Shown piece by piece: positions 1 through 10,451 of a stretch of DNA of 27,928 bases (position 1 is its first letter; each line of letters starts with the position of its first letter). Both the position numbers and the translations under genes were made by a program. The notes below the pieces were generated by a model. That model had not been told where the DNA came from. It ran no database searches and saw only the letters and a program-made list of their open reading frames with translations. Origin of the DNA: Clostridiales bacterium (GTDB lineage Bacteria > Bacillota > Clostridia > TANB77 > CAG-508); assembly GCA_003518755.1 (NCBI GenBank), contig DOYA01000058.1, forward strand, positions 1-27,928, given 5' to 3'.

Positions 1-600
1 TTTGAACCACCTATTATATCAACAAAAAAGGTATATATAATAGATGATGCTGATTTAATGACAAAAGAAGCACAAAATTGTTTACTTAAAACTTTAGAAG
101 AACCTCCGGAATTTGTAACTATTATTCTTATTGGCTCAAATGAATCAAATTTTTTAAGCACTATTAAATCAAGATGTATTACAATAAAATTTGACAATAT
201 TAATCACAATGATATTAATAGTTTTTTAAAAGAGAATTTTCCAAAAGAAAATATTTCAGATAATATTATAGAAGCTGCAAATGGTAGCATAGGAAAAGCA
301 ATTATATTAAAAGAAAAACAAGAAATATATGCATCAATAGACAAAATATTTAACAATATTGAAGATTTAGATTTAATAGATGCTTTAAATACTGCTGATA
401 TTTTATATAAATCACAAGAAGATAAATATGATATATTAGAATATATTAATATAATTTTATATAAAAAAGCTCAAAAAGATTTAAGGTATGTTAATACAAT
501 AAATATTGTAGAAGAAACAAAAAAAAGACTAAAAGCAAATAGCAATTATAATATGACAATAGATAATTTAATTATGACAATATGGGAGGAATTACATTGA
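1..600 (+). CDS. holB: DNA polymerase III subunit delta' (5'-truncated by window edge)
   Basis: Frame open from base 1 (FEPPIISTKKVYIIDDADLMTKEAQNCLLKTLEEPP...TIKSRC), clamp-loader motifs; sits upstream of yaaT as in Firmicutes. Confidence 0.92.
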   Translation, partial: FEPPIISTKKVYIIDDADLMTKEAQNCLLKTLEEPPEFVTIILIGSNESNFLSTIKSRCITIKFDNINHNDINSFLKENFPKENISDNIIEAANGSIGKAIILKEKQEIYASIDKIFNNIEDLDLIDALNTADILYKSQEDKYDILEYINIILYKKAQKDLRYVNTINIVEETKKRLKANSNYNMTIDNLIMTIWEELH

Positions 601-1511
601 AAAAAATAGTAGGTATAAGGTTTAGAAAATTAGGCAAAATATATTTTTTTGATCCTCAGTATTTAATTTTAAGAAAAGATGATTTGGTAATTGTTGATAC
701 AGAAGATGGAGAAGAAATAGGTATCGTTGCAATTCCAAATAGATCCTTAGATGAGACTAAAATTCCTAAAGAATTAAAAAAAGTAATTAGGCTTGCAAAC
801 AATAAAGATAAAAACCATTATGATGAATGCAAAAAGAATGAAAAAAAAGCATTTGATTTTTGCAATACTAAAATAAAAGAATTAAATCTTAAAATGAATT
901 TAACTGATGTTGAATTTAAATTTAATAATTCAAAAATACTTTTCTATTTTACAGCTGATGGAAGAGTTGATTTTAGAGAGTTGGTTAAAGAACTTGCTGC
1001 AGAATACAAAACTAGAATTGAACTTAGACAAATAGGTGTTAGAGATGAAATAAAACGTCTTGGTGGAAATGGAGTTTGTGGCAGACAATTATGTTGTTGT
1101 TCATTTTTAAGTGATTTTGAAACAGTATCTATTAAAATGGCAAAGGATCAAAATTTATCACTTAATCCTTCAAAAATATCCGGTTGTTGTGGAAGATTAA
1201 TGTGCTGTTTAAAATATGAAGATGAAGTATACCAAGAAAAACTTAAAAGACTTCCTCATGTTGGCGCAATTGTAAGTACACCAGATGGGGAGGGTGAAAT
1301 AGAACAAGTAGAAACTTTAGCTGAAAGAATAAGAGTTAAAATCAAAAATGGAGAAGACTATAATCACAAAAAGTATAATATTAATGAAATTAAGGTAATA
1401 AAAGATTCTGAAAAAGAAGCAATTGATGAGGAAGAACAAATTAATAAAGCTGAATTAGATGAATTGGAAAGACTTGAAGAAGAGGATATCAAAACAAAAA
1501 CAACAGATTAA
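597..1511 (+). CDS. ricT: PSP1 domain protein / stage 0 sporulation family RicT (YaaT)
   Basis: FYFTADGRVDFRELVKELA, CGRQLCC and SKISGCCGRLMCCLKYE motifs; likely TTG start at 597 after GGAGG. Confidence 0.9.
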   Translation: MKKIVGIRFRKLGKIYFFDPQYLILRKDDLVIVDTEDGEEIGIVAIPNRSLDETKIPKELKKVIRLANNKDKNHYDECKKNEKKAFDFCNTKIKELNLKMNLTDVEFKFNNSKILFYFTADGRVDFRELVKELAAEYKTRIELRQIGVRDEIKRLGGNGVCGRQLCCCSFLSDFETVSIKMAKDQNLSLNPSKISGCCGRLMCCLKYEDEVYQEKLKRLPHVGAIVSTPDGEGEIEQVETLAERIRVKIKNGEDYNHKKYNINEIKVIKDSEKEAIDEEEQINKAELDELERLEEEDIKTKTTD

Positions 1512-1544
1512 ATTGTAAAGATTTTTTAAAAGGAGGTGAAAGTG

Positions 1545-1721
1545 ATGGCTTATAAGATCAATAATGAAGCATGTATTGGATGTGGAGCATGTGTAGATGC
1601 TTGTCCAGTTGGATGTATAAAAATCGGAGAAGATGGAAAAGCAGAAATTGATGAAACAATGTGTATTAGCTGTGGCACTTGTGCTGCAACTTGTCCTGTT
1701 GGTGCACCAGAAGCAGAATAA
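1545..1721 (+). CDS. 2x[4Fe-4S] ferredoxin
   Basis: Two CxxCxxCxxxCP motifs; AGGAGG at 1531 before ATG 1545. Confidence 0.93.
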   Translation: MAYKINNEACIGCGACVDACPVGCIKIGEDGKAEIDETMCISCGTCAATCPVGAPEAE

Positions 1722-1900
1722 AAATTAGACTTGATTTAGGATATAATAGAGCAGGAGCACCTTATGCAGGAAATGCAATTTTCTTGCACTGCTGGAGAGG
1801 TGAAGACAAACCAACTGGTGGATGTGTTGCAGTTTCAGAAAATGATATGATAAAAATTTTACAAACTGTTATACCAGGAACATCAGTAACAATATACTAA
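1722..1900 (+). pseudogene. 3' remnant of an L,D-transpeptidase (YkuD-like) gene
   Basis: LDLGYN...GNAIFLHCW...PTGGCVAVS...PGTSVTIY catalytic His/Cys motif; no own start or RBS, begins right after the ferredoxin stop. Confidence 0.7.
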
Positions 1901-1920
1901 TAAGTATAAAGTAAAGATAA

Positions 1921-1951
1921 AGAGGTAGAAAAACAATTTTCTACTTCTTTT
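1921..1951 (+). terminator. Rho-independent terminator
   Basis: AGAGGTAGAAAA-loop-TTTTCTACTTCT followed by T run. Confidence 0.7.
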
Positions 1952-2004
1952 CTAATATTATAATACAAAAATGTAAAAAATTACAAAACTTACATTTTTT
2001 ATTA

Positions 2005-2033
2005 TTGACAAAAAGAACATATAAGATTAAAAT
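2005..2033 (+). promoter_or_regulatory. SigA-type promoter for the glucosaminidase gene
   Basis: TTGACA(2005)-17 bp-TAAAAT(2028); upstream inverted repeat AAAAATGTAA...TTACATTTTT (~1967-2000). Confidence 0.7.
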
Positions 2034-2083
2034 GTATTATGAAATTAATTTAAACGAAGAAATAAAAGGCTGAGGTAATAAAT

Positions 2084-3067
2084 ATGAAAAAACCAAAAGA
2101 CAAAAAGCTTAGATTTAAAATAGTTTTGATAATTTGTGTTTTTTTATTAATTATAATAACATTATATTTTAAATTTGCTTCAATTAAACAAACTTATGCA
2201 TTAAATGAATTTGAGTACAAAAAAAATTCTTTGGTTGTAGTTAGTGATGCTAAAAATATTAATATAGATGATATAATTGAAAAAAACATAGAAGGTGTTA
2301 ATAAAGAAGAAATATATGAAAGACAAGAAGAACTTGAGTATATAACTAAATATAAAAATAATAATGAACTATATATTGGTACTACCGCTGTAACTCAAGA
2401 AGGAAGAAACGGTATTCAAACTATTACAATGAAAAAAAAATATGATAAAGAAGGAAATTTTATAGGTGAAGAACAGGTTGGTGCAAGAGTTACTAAATCA
2501 TCTTTAGATAAAATTATTGAAATAGGAACAAAAGTATATGTAGCACCTAAAGTTGAAAAAAAGTATGAGTCAAATGAGCTTTCATTTAATATGGCATTAA
2601 ATAAGCCTTCGGGATTGACAATAGAACAATTTAAAAAAGTATTAACAGACAACAAAGATGTAAATAAAATCTTTGAAAATAATTCAGATTACTTTTATTA
2701 TATAGAAGATGAATATAATATAAATGGAATATTTGTTGCATCAATTGGTATACATGAAAGTGCATGGGGAACATCTAAAATAGCAAAAAATAAATATAAT
2801 TTATTTGGATATGGAGCATATGACTCAAACCCATATAATGGAGCATATAGCTTTTCTAGCTATTCAGAATCTATTGATTTATTAGCTAGAGTTTTAGTTA
2901 AGTATTATTTAAATCAAAAAGGAACATTAATATATGATGGACAAGTTGCTTCTGGAAAATATTATAGTGGAAATACGGTTTCCGCTGTAAATAAAAAATA
3001 TGCAACTGATAAAAATTGGGCAAATTGCGTATATAAATATATGGAATACTTGTATAATAAGATTTAG
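2084..3067 (+). CDS. Membrane-anchored G5 domain + GH73 glucosaminidase (peptidoglycan hydrolase)
   Basis: N-terminal TM, G5-like (QEGRNG...KIIEIGTK), HESAWGTS, NLFGYGAYD, KYATDKNWA. Confidence 0.85.
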   Translation: MKKPKDKKLRFKIVLIICVFLLIIITLYFKFASIKQTYALNEFEYKKNSLVVVSDAKNINIDDIIEKNIEGVNKEEIYERQEELEYITKYKNNNELYIGTTAVTQEGRNGIQTITMKKKYDKEGNFIGEEQVGARVTKSSLDKIIEIGTKVYVAPKVEKKYESNELSFNMALNKPSGLTIEQFKKVLTDNKDVNKIFENNSDYFYYIEDEYNINGIFVASIGIHESAWGTSKIAKNKYNLFGYGAYDSNPYNGAYSFSSYSESIDLLARVLVKYYLNQKGTLIYDGQVASGKYYSGNTVSAVNKKYATDKNWANCVYKYMEYLYNKI

Positions 3068-3097
3068 TTACTATTACAAAAAAAATTAAAAAACTCC

Positions 3098-3126
3098 TTG
3101 ATATTTTTTTAATAGTATTGTATGAT
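3098..3126 (+). promoter_or_regulatory. SigA-type promoter
   Basis: TTGATA(3098)-17 bp-TATGAT(3121). Confidence 0.55.
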
Positions 3127-3178
3127 ATAGAAGATAGTTTTATATTCAAAATGTTACATAGAAAGGAACGGAATAAAA

Positions 3179-3601
3179 ATGAGTAAAACAGTTTTGAAAT
3201 TTATGATATTCTGTATATTAAGTATATCTATAGTTTTTTTGTTAGCTGTAGAACAGAATACATATGCCTCAAACGATAAACCAATTAATAACAAAACAGA
3301 AAGTAGACTGGTACAGCTTAAAGAAAAAGAATTAAGATCTTTAGAAGATTATAAAACAGCATATGGTTCAGATTCATATGGACTTACAGCTTATATATTG
3401 CATAGGGTTCAAATATTTAGTATACCATTTTCTATCTTAGGAATTTTAATTGCAGCCATTTATGATTATATCATTGGAGTAAGACATTTGGAAACCAAAG
3501 AAAAAGGAAAAGCTTTAATGATTATGTTTGTTACTTTAGGAGTGATTTGTCAAGTATTGCCACTTGTATTTACAATAGTTGTAAAATTTGGAAGGGAGTA
3601 A
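3179..3601 (+). CDS. Hypothetical membrane protein (signal peptide + two C-terminal TM helices, loosely TrbC/VirB2-pilin-like topology)
   Basis: ORF with RBS AAAGGA; hydrophobicity pattern only. Confidence 0.6.
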   Translation: MSKTVLKFMIFCILSISIVFLLAVEQNTYASNDKPINNKTESRLVQLKEKELRSLEDYKTAYGSDSYGLTAYILHRVQIFSIPFSILGILIAAIYDYIIGVRHLETKEKGKALMIMFVTLGVICQVLPLVFTIVVKFGRE

Positions 3602-3605
3602 ACAA

Positions 3606-5952
3606 ATGAAAGTTTTATTTGCAGTAAATGATGAAAGTATTTCTACATCTATAGTTAAGAAATATCAAAAAGATTATAAAGAGATAATCTCATACAAAAA
3701 TGTTTATTATTTTAATGCAATAATAAAAGAATTACAAAGGAATAAAAGCTATGATAGGGTTGTTATTAGTGAAGATCTTGAAGAATTCACTAGTTCGAGT
3801 TTTGAACAAAAAGATAAATTTATTTTTGATAGATTAGACAATATAAGTGATGAAGCAATCTCTTTAAGTGGAATTGATATACCTATAATTCTAATTTGTT
3901 CGGATCGTAGAGCTAAAGGAGAATCTTTATTAGTTAAACTATTTAGTATTAGTATTTATAATGCAATTTTAGGTGACGATAGGTCTATTGATGAAGTTTG
4001 TAGATTAATAAATAAACCACGTACAAAAAAAGAAGCTAAATTATATTACAAAATTGATTCAGAAGATGCAAAATATGAAAGAGAAAAAGAAAACGAAGTT
4101 AGTGAAGTTGAATTACAAAACATTTTACAGCATTTTAAAAGACTTGGTAAAAAAGAAGATTCTTATGCAGATAGCTTTAAAAAGATCATTACACAATATA
4201 ATAAAGAGCAACTAAAAATTGTCATAGCCGTTTTACCTGAAAATGTTAAAAAGGTGTTAAAGCAAAATTCAATTGAATATCAAAAAATAGTTCGGATATG
4301 AAGCAGAATCAAATAAAGCTTCTGCATATGATCCACATAAAAAGAAAAAAGGAATTGCAAAGACGTTAAAAACAAAACCAAAAACAGGTACAAGTGAAAA
4401 ATTATTAGAATCAAAAACAAAAGAATTGACAAAGCCAATTGTAGTTCCAACAACAATATCTAATAATTTATATAAAAAAGTTACTCCAGCAAGTATAGTT
4501 GAAACAGATGATATTTTTGATGATGAAATTGATGATGATGTACAAAAAATCCTTGAAGAAAAACCAAAAAGAAGAGGTAGACCAAGAAAAACACCAATTA
4601 ATATTGATGAAAATATTGAAGAAATCAAACCTAAAAAAAGAGGCCGACCAAGAAAAAATCCTATTATAGAAGATGTTGAGAATGAAGATGATATTAAACA
4701 ACCTATTTATCAAAATGAATTAAATAATGATATTGATGACGAAGAAAATTTATTTGATGATATACTTCCTGGAATTGAAGAAGATTATAATACTCAATAT
4801 AGTGATGAGGATAATAATACTATTTCAAGTATTGATGATAATGTAAACCAATCTAATATGAATGAATCAGATGAAAATGAGTTTAATTCAGACAATGATA
4901 TATTAGATGAAAATGATGATTATATTGATAATAATAATGATTTTGATACTATAAATGATTATAATTCTAATGCATTTCAAGAAGATGAAACTTTGGACAA
5001 TCATGATAATAAATATATGAAGACATATGATAATGTTTTTGATGATGAAGAGTTTGAAGGGTTACTTTCTAAAGAAAAGAAAGTTGTTTCTTTCGTTGGA
5101 GCTAGTAAAAATGGAACTTCGTTTTTAATTAATAATGTTGCACTAATTTTATCTAATATGGGCATAAATACTGCAATTTTAGATGCAACAACAAATCAAA
5201 ATTCGTTCTATATATATACTAAAAATGATGATGATTTAAGAAAAATTGCTTCTAATTCGTTTGATAATTTGATTAATGAAACTACAGAAGGAATTAAAGT
5301 TAATAATAATTTAACCGTATATACCACTATTCCAAGTAAAGGAGAATTAATTAATTCTTCTAGACCAATATTAGAAACTCTAATTCGAAACCATTCTTTA
5401 GTTTTAATAGATTGTGATTTCAATACACCAATAGAATATTTTGATAAATCGTTAGAAATTTATCTAGTACAATCAATGGATATATTAACAATACAACCAC
5501 TTACTGAATTTTTAAGAGAACTTAAAATAAAGAATATTCTAAATGAATCAAAGCTTAGAATTGTTCTTAATAAAACACTTAGCCTTAAAGGGGTTAATTC
5601 TAAAAAAATAGTTGGTGGGATGTCAAAATATAATGACCCTGAAATGTCGTTTATGACAGATTTATTTAATGCAAATACAATAAAAGTTTCTGCACAAATA
5701 CCTTTTGATGAAGATGTATATATAAAATATTTAAATAGTATTATTGAATGTGATATACAAATTAATGGATATCCAAAAGAATTTAAACAAAGACTAAACC
5801 TTCTTGCGGAATCAATTTACCCTCTTTTACCTGCTGATAAAACAGATAAAAAAGATAAGAAAAAGAGAAATAAAGAAAAAGATAATTTATTTAATAATTC
5901 ATTTTCACCTGGAATGAATAGTACTTTGGATAATATGAGAAAAAAATATTAA
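3606..5952 (+). CDS. Single gene split by a +1 frameshift at ~4293: N-terminal alpha/beta (receiver-like) domain, two AT-hooks, acidic linker, C-terminal ParA/MinD-like ATPase
   Basis: Frame of 3606 stops at 4301 (GTT CGG ATA TGA); the +1 frame is open from 4291 to 5952 with no RBS at 4426; RRGRPRK/KRGRPRK; VVSFVGASKNGTS, AILDA and LVLIDCD motifs. Confidence 0.7.
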
Positions 5953-5982
5953 TTAAATTGAAATATTGCGGAGGAAATAAAA

Positions 5983-7125
5983 TTGATAATAATAGTAATA
6001 ATACTTGTTTTACTAATATCATTTCTAATAGTATACAATTTATCATTACATAAAAGAATCCAAGCATTTAAAATGCAAGGAGATAGAATTAATAATCTTA
6101 ATGTATTACAAGACTTTATAAATATAGTTGGAAGTGATTTAAGTGTTGACAAAAAAATAAAATCAATAAATGATGTAATTATAGAAAAATATCAAATTAA
6201 ATATTCAACAATTGTAGTATTTGATGGAACTGACTATGTTATTAAAACTTCAAATGTTAGCAAGGACCATTGGGATACATTGAGAAAACTTCATGAGGTG
6301 GATATTTTTAAAGATAGTATTACTTCTGCAAGTGCCAAATATATTACGGTTAATAATGAAAATGAAAAACTTCCTTACCAAGAAAAGGAATTTGATAGAG
6401 CTAAATCAGCATTGTTTTTCCCATTGTATATTGACAATGTATACATTGGATATTGGATTATTGAAAGTGGTGTACCACATGATTTTGATAATCTTGATAC
6501 TGTGATTTTTGAAACTGTTAAAGAAAATATTATTTCTGTATTAAAAACAATGGACTATCAGAAGATACTTGAAAGTATAGTTAGAAAAGATTTATTTACT
6601 GGTTTGAATTCTGCAGAATATTTATATGGAGAAGGCAAAAAAATAATAGATCAACATACAATATCAAGTATATGTATGTTTAGAGTATCTAATATTGAAA
6701 ATATTAATAAAATAGCTAGAGAACTAGGAAACAAAGTAATTACAGAAGTTAGTAGAAATGTTAAGAGAAGTATTTCTGATTCATATATTTTTGTAAGATA
6801 TATGGGACCAAAATTTGTTATTGTTTTTTCTGGAGCAGAACAAAGTGGAGTAATTGATTTTATTAATGAAATAAAGACTTCTACAGAGAGTTTAAAGATA
6901 TCTTTAAAAGATGATAATAAAGATATTGAAGAACTAACTTTAGATGACATTAATAAGAAAAAAACAAGAAAGAAGAAGAAAAAAGAAGATATTATTGTTA
7001 GTCCATCTTTGAACTTTGTTGTTGCAACATATTATAAAGGAACAGGTATAGAAGAAGTTTTGAAAAAAATGGAAAAATATTTAGATGAAGCTTCAAAAGA
7101 AGAAAGTCAAATTAATAATATTTAA
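5983..7125 (+). CDS. Membrane-anchored GAF + degenerate GGDEF domain protein
   Basis: N-terminal TM; GAF-like [24 protein letters not shown]...ELGNKVI...RYMGPKF replacing GGDEF; GGAGG RBS before TTG. Confidence 0.75.
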   Translation: MIIIVIILVLLISFLIVYNLSLHKRIQAFKMQGDRINNLNVLQDFINIVGSDLSVDKKIKSINDVIIEKYQIKYSTIVVFDGTDYVIKTSNVSKDHWDTLRKLHEVDIFKDSITSASAKYITVNNENEKLPYQEKEFDRAKSALFFPLYIDNVYIGYWIIESGVPHDFDNLDTVIFETVKENIISVLKTMDYQKILESIVRKDLFTGLNSAEYLYGEGKKIIDQHTISSICMFRVSNIENINKIARELGNKVITEVSRNVKRSISDSYIFVRYMGPKFVIVFSGAEQSGVIDFINEIKTSTESLKISLKDDNKDIEELTLDDINKKKTRKKKKKEDIIVSPSLNFVVATYYKGTGIEEVLKKMEKYLDEASKEESQINNI

Positions 7126-7136
7126 GGAGGGGTAAT

Positions 7137-7391
7137 ATGGATTTAGATAAAACTATGTTTTTTAAAATGGATAAAAATAATGAAACAGATACAAAGAAAA
7201 TCCTTAAAGAAGTATATGAGTCTTTAGTTGAAAAGGGTTATAACCCTATTAATCAAATAGTAGGTTATATATTATCTGGTGATCCAACCTATATTACTAG
7301 TCATAATGATGCACGTACGAAAATTAGAAGTGTTGAAAGAGATGAATTACTAGAAAAAATGGTTAAATATTATATAGGATTAGAAGAATAA
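7137..7391 (+). CDS. ireB: IreB/ReoM family regulatory phosphoprotein (UPF0297)
   Basis: DKTMFF...[29 protein letters not shown]; synteny with ruvX and DUF1292. Confidence 0.93.
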   Translation: MDLDKTMFFKMDKNNETDTKKILKEVYESLVEKGYNPINQIVGYILSGDPTYITSHNDARTKIRSVERDELLEKMVKYYIGLEE

Positions 7392-7807
7392 TGAGAATTC
7401 TAAGTATTGATTATGGAGGAATGAGAACTGGCTTTGCTATTTCAGATGAATTAGGAATCACAGCTCAAGGATTAGAAACTATAAACTCAAATGGTAGTGA
7501 CAAAATTATTTTAAGAAAAATTGATGAATTACTTACAATATATAATATTGACACTATTGTAGTTGGAATGCCATATCATATGAATGGTGATATATCTGAA
7601 AGAGCAGAATTAACAGAAAAATTTATTCATAAATTAAAATGTAAATATAATAAAATAAAAATAGATTATATTGACGAAAGACTTACAACAGTATTAGCTC
7701 ATAAAACAATGAGCTTTTTAGGGGTAAACAAGAATAAAAAGAAAGAAATTGTAGATACTATATCTGCTGTATATATATTAGAAACATATTTGAATAGAAA
7801 AGAATAA
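7391..7807 (+). CDS. ruvX: RuvX/YqgF pre-16S rRNA nuclease
   Basis: MRILSIDYG...GFAISD, VVGMP, DERLTT, D..SAVYILE. Confidence 0.93.
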   Translation: MRILSIDYGGMRTGFAISDELGITAQGLETINSNGSDKIILRKIDELLTIYNIDTIVVGMPYHMNGDISERAELTEKFIHKLKCKYNKIKIDYIDERLTTVLAHKTMSFLGVNKNKKKEIVDTISAVYILETYLNRKE

Positions 7808-7865
7808 GTATCATAATAAAGATTTTAATATTAAAAAATATATTAATAAATGAAAGGAGAATAAA

Positions 7866-8180
7866 ATGACTGAAGATTTTGAAGGAGAAGAATTAGACAA
7901 TATAATAACTTTAAATGATGAAAATGGAAATGAGGTTAAATTCGAATTTTTGGATTTAGTAGAATTGGATAACGAACAATATGTAGTACTTTTACCTGTT
8001 CTTGAAGAAGGAGAAGAAGATGACGGAGAAGTTGTTATATTGAAAGTTGAAGATTCTGATGAGGATTCAGATGAAGAATCTTATGTTAGTGTAGATGATG
8101 AAGATACACTTATGCAAGTTTTCAATATTTTTAAAGAAAAATTCAAAGATGAATTTGATTTTGTAGATGATGCAGAATAA
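7866..8180 (+). CDS. DUF1292 domain protein
   Basis: ITLNDENGNEVKF...YVVLLP; acidic; conserved synteny. Confidence 0.88.
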   Translation: MTEDFEGEELDNIITLNDENGNEVKFEFLDLVELDNEQYVVLLPVLEEGEEDDGEVVILKVEDSDEDSDEESYVSVDDEDTLMQVFNIFKEKFKDEFDFVDDAE

Positions 8181-8190
8181 TAATAATAGG

Positions 8191-8221
8191 AAGGCTTAGA
8201 TATTTCATCTAAGTCTTTTTT
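8191..8221 (+). terminator. Rho-independent terminator
   Basis: AAGGCTTAGAT-loop-ATCTAAGTCTT + T run. Confidence 0.7.
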
Positions 8222-8255
8222 ATACTCATGGAGAAGTTTAGATAAAAAAGGAGAA

Positions 8256-8747
8256 GTGAGAAAAATGAAAAGTTTATCATCTTGGTTATTAGTTATGTTT
8301 ATGGGAATGTTTTGGATTTTTAGAATAGTAGTTGCATTTCAAGCACAATATGAAAAAGACTTTGGAGGATTTATAGCTTTTAATATGACAGTTGAGGTTA
8401 TATTATTATTTCTTGCAATTTTATGTATGGCATTAGTTTTAAGAAGAAATATAATTGGTGGAATAATATATCTTGGAGCTTATGGATATTATTTTGGAGG
8501 ATATTTATTAAGTAATTGTTTGCCAGCACTGATGAGTGGAGAATCTTTAGGTATGTCTACTTTACAAAATGCTATGGTTTGTGCTGTTGGGTTACTTATT
8601 GCAATTTTTGTCTTTTTTGATTTATTAATTGCAAGAGTGAGAAAAAGAGATCCAAAAGATAAGAAAACAGACTGGTATTTTCAAAATGAAAAATATGATA
8701 GAAAATATGATGAAAGAGCTGACAAAAACGAATATAGGAATTATTAA
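8256..8747 (+). CDS. Hypothetical membrane protein (4 TM)
   Basis: ORF with AAGGAG RBS; hydrophobic helices, charged C-tail. Confidence 0.75.
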   Translation: MRKMKSLSSWLLVMFMGMFWIFRIVVAFQAQYEKDFGGFIAFNMTVEVILLFLAILCMALVLRRNIIGGIIYLGAYGYYFGGYLLSNCLPALMSGESLGMSTLQNAMVCAVGLLIAIFVFFDLLIARVRKRDPKDKKTDWYFQNEKYDRKYDERADKNEYRNY

Positions 8748-8764
8748 TATTATGTTTTATATAA

Positions 8765-8788
8765 TGTAGGGGCAATTTTAATCGCCCG
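8765..8788 (+). repeat. GTAG-type REP-like palindrome, copy 1
   Basis: TGTAGGGGCAATTTTAATCGCCCG; 23/24 identical to 25794-25817. Confidence 0.7.
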
Positions 8789-8812
8789 AAATATATCAGA
8801 GATTATTTTAGT

Positions 8813-8856
8813 AAGCAAGTGATTAGTTGAAATTCACTTGCTTTTATGTTAAAATA
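8813..8856 (+). promoter_or_regulatory. Hairpin-overlapped extended -10 promoter, copy 1
   Basis: AAGCAAGTGA...TCACTTGCTT inverted repeat; TTGAAA(8827)-17-TAAAAT(8850) with TG; near-duplicate at 10452-10495. Confidence 0.7.
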
Positions 8857-8912
8857 TTTTTGATTTATATTAAGGCTAAATAATAAAATTAAAGTTATTG
8901 GAGAGCTAAATT

Positions 8913-9545
8913 ATGGAAAAATTAAAACCAATTACAATAGAAAATAATGAAAAATATTTAAGACAAATATCAAAAATCGTAGACTTTAATGATCCAGAAT
9001 TACATAATAATATTGTAGTTTTACAAGATTATTGTATGCAAAATGATGTAATGGCTATGGCAGGAGTTCAGTTAGGTATACCTAAAAGAATAGTATATGT
9101 TAAAAACACTAATCTAGAAATATTAAATAAAAGATTAACTGATGAAGGAAAAGAAGAAACAAAGGATTATAATGAAGCTAAAGTTTTAATAAACCCGGAA
9201 ATCATATCAAAAGAAGGACTTACCACATTTTGGGAAGCTTGTGCATCATGCTCATGGTATGAAAATGGTGTAGAAAAATGGTACAATGGAAAAGTTAAAA
9301 GACCTTATAAGATTAAAATTAGGTATTATGATATTTGTGGAAATCAATTTGAAAATGAATTTGAAGGTTTTGAAGCAACTGTATTATGTCATGAAATAGA
9401 TCATTTAGATGGGATTTTACATAAAGATATTTCAGATGAAGTTTTAGTTTTAACAAAAGAGGAAAGAATAGAATTAAGAAAAAAAGAAGGGTATACTATA
9501 ATAAGTAAAACAGGAAACTATGAAGAGAATCTAAACAATAAATAG
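8913..9545 (+). CDS. def: Peptide deformylase family protein (divergent motifs)
   Basis: AMAGVQLG, INPEI, EACAS and HEIDHLDG motifs. Confidence 0.85.
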   Translation: MEKLKPITIENNEKYLRQISKIVDFNDPELHNNIVVLQDYCMQNDVMAMAGVQLGIPKRIVYVKNTNLEILNKRLTDEGKEETKDYNEAKVLINPEIISKEGLTTFWEACASCSWYENGVEKWYNGKVKRPYKIKIRYYDICGNQFENEFEGFEATVLCHEIDHLDGILHKDISDEVLVLTKEERIELRKKEGYTIISKTGNYEENLNNK

Positions 9546-9572
9546 ACCATTTCATATTGAAATGGTCTATTT
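9540..9572. terminator. Bidirectional terminator between convergent genes
   Basis: AAATAGACCATTTCA-TAT-TGAAATGGTCTATTT perfect inverted repeat. Confidence 0.8.
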
Positions 9573-9581
9573 AAAAGAAAA

Positions 9582-10352
9582 TTATGGATTTTTAAACATT
9601 ATATTAGTTTCTTTTTTCGAAGCTATAATGTATATAATATTAATAATTATCAATATAGATGAAACTATTTTATATGTAGTAAATACAATAAAGAATAGAG
9701 ATACAATATTACAAACAATTTTTATATTATAATTCTCTACACAAATTGATACTATTAGTAAAATAACAGGAATAATTCTAATTATAATTAGAACAGGATT
9801 TGTTATTGTTAATAATGCACAAAACACTAAATCTAAACAACTCCAAAAAAGTGTAATTATGCTGGCTTTATTTATTTTACTCAGTTTTTTATTTTTAGTA
9901 GAAATAATTCCAAGTATAAATGTTATAAAAAGTCCTAAAATTAGCAATGGCACCATCCAAAATATAGACCAACCATATACTGGTCCTCCATCTAGTAATT
10001 TATAAAGCCAGTAATATGTAAACAGTATAAAAAAAGTAAAAGGAAAAATCAAAAAGCGTAAAGTTATTTTTTTTAAAATTAAAATAAAAATAATAGAATA
10101 TATAATTATAAAAGGCAATGTAATAGATAAAAAGCTATTAACACAGCTCGATGGGGGACTGCCTTGTCCTTCATGTAGAAAATAGTCATGGTAATTGGTT
10201 ATAGTAGCATTATAAATGTTAAAAATTAATAGCAATATAGCTATTGAAAAAAGTATATATAATAAAGTAAAGAGATTAAAACTACTTTTGTTATGTATTT
10301 GATTATTTTGAATATTTTCAGAAATAATCTCTTGATTTTTATTTTCTCCCAT
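9582..10352 (-). CDS. Hypothetical multi-pass membrane protein
   Basis: Long hydrophobic ORF; start at 10352 preceded by GAAAGGA; only minus-strand gene. Confidence 0.7.
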   Translation of the reverse strand: MGENKNQEIISENIQNNQIHNKSSFNLFTLLYILFSIAILLLIFNIYNATITNYHDYFLHEGQGSPPSSCVNSFLSITLPFIIIYSIIFILILKKITLRFLIFPFTFFILFTYYWLYKLLDGGPVYGWSIFWMVPLLILGLFITFILGIISTKNKKLSKINKASIITLFWSCLDLVFCALLTITNPVLIIIRIIPVILLIVSICVENYNIKIVCNIVSLFFIVFTTYKIVSSILIIINIIYIIASKKETNIMFKNP

Positions 10353-10451
10353 AAAAAATCCATTCCTTTCATCCATTGCTAATATAATCTTATTATAAAT
10401 ATTATATATTAACAGTAAGTAATAGTCAATATAAATAAATTACTCTGTTAG

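Noticed and set aside
1967..2000. WalR box upstream of the glucosaminidase
   Set aside because: The TTACA repeats have a 9-bp rather than 11-bp period; kept only as an unassigned inverted repeat.
4426..5952. Independent gene starting at TTG 4426
   Set aside because: No RBS, and the frame is open back to 4291, so it is better explained as the frameshifted continuation of 3606.
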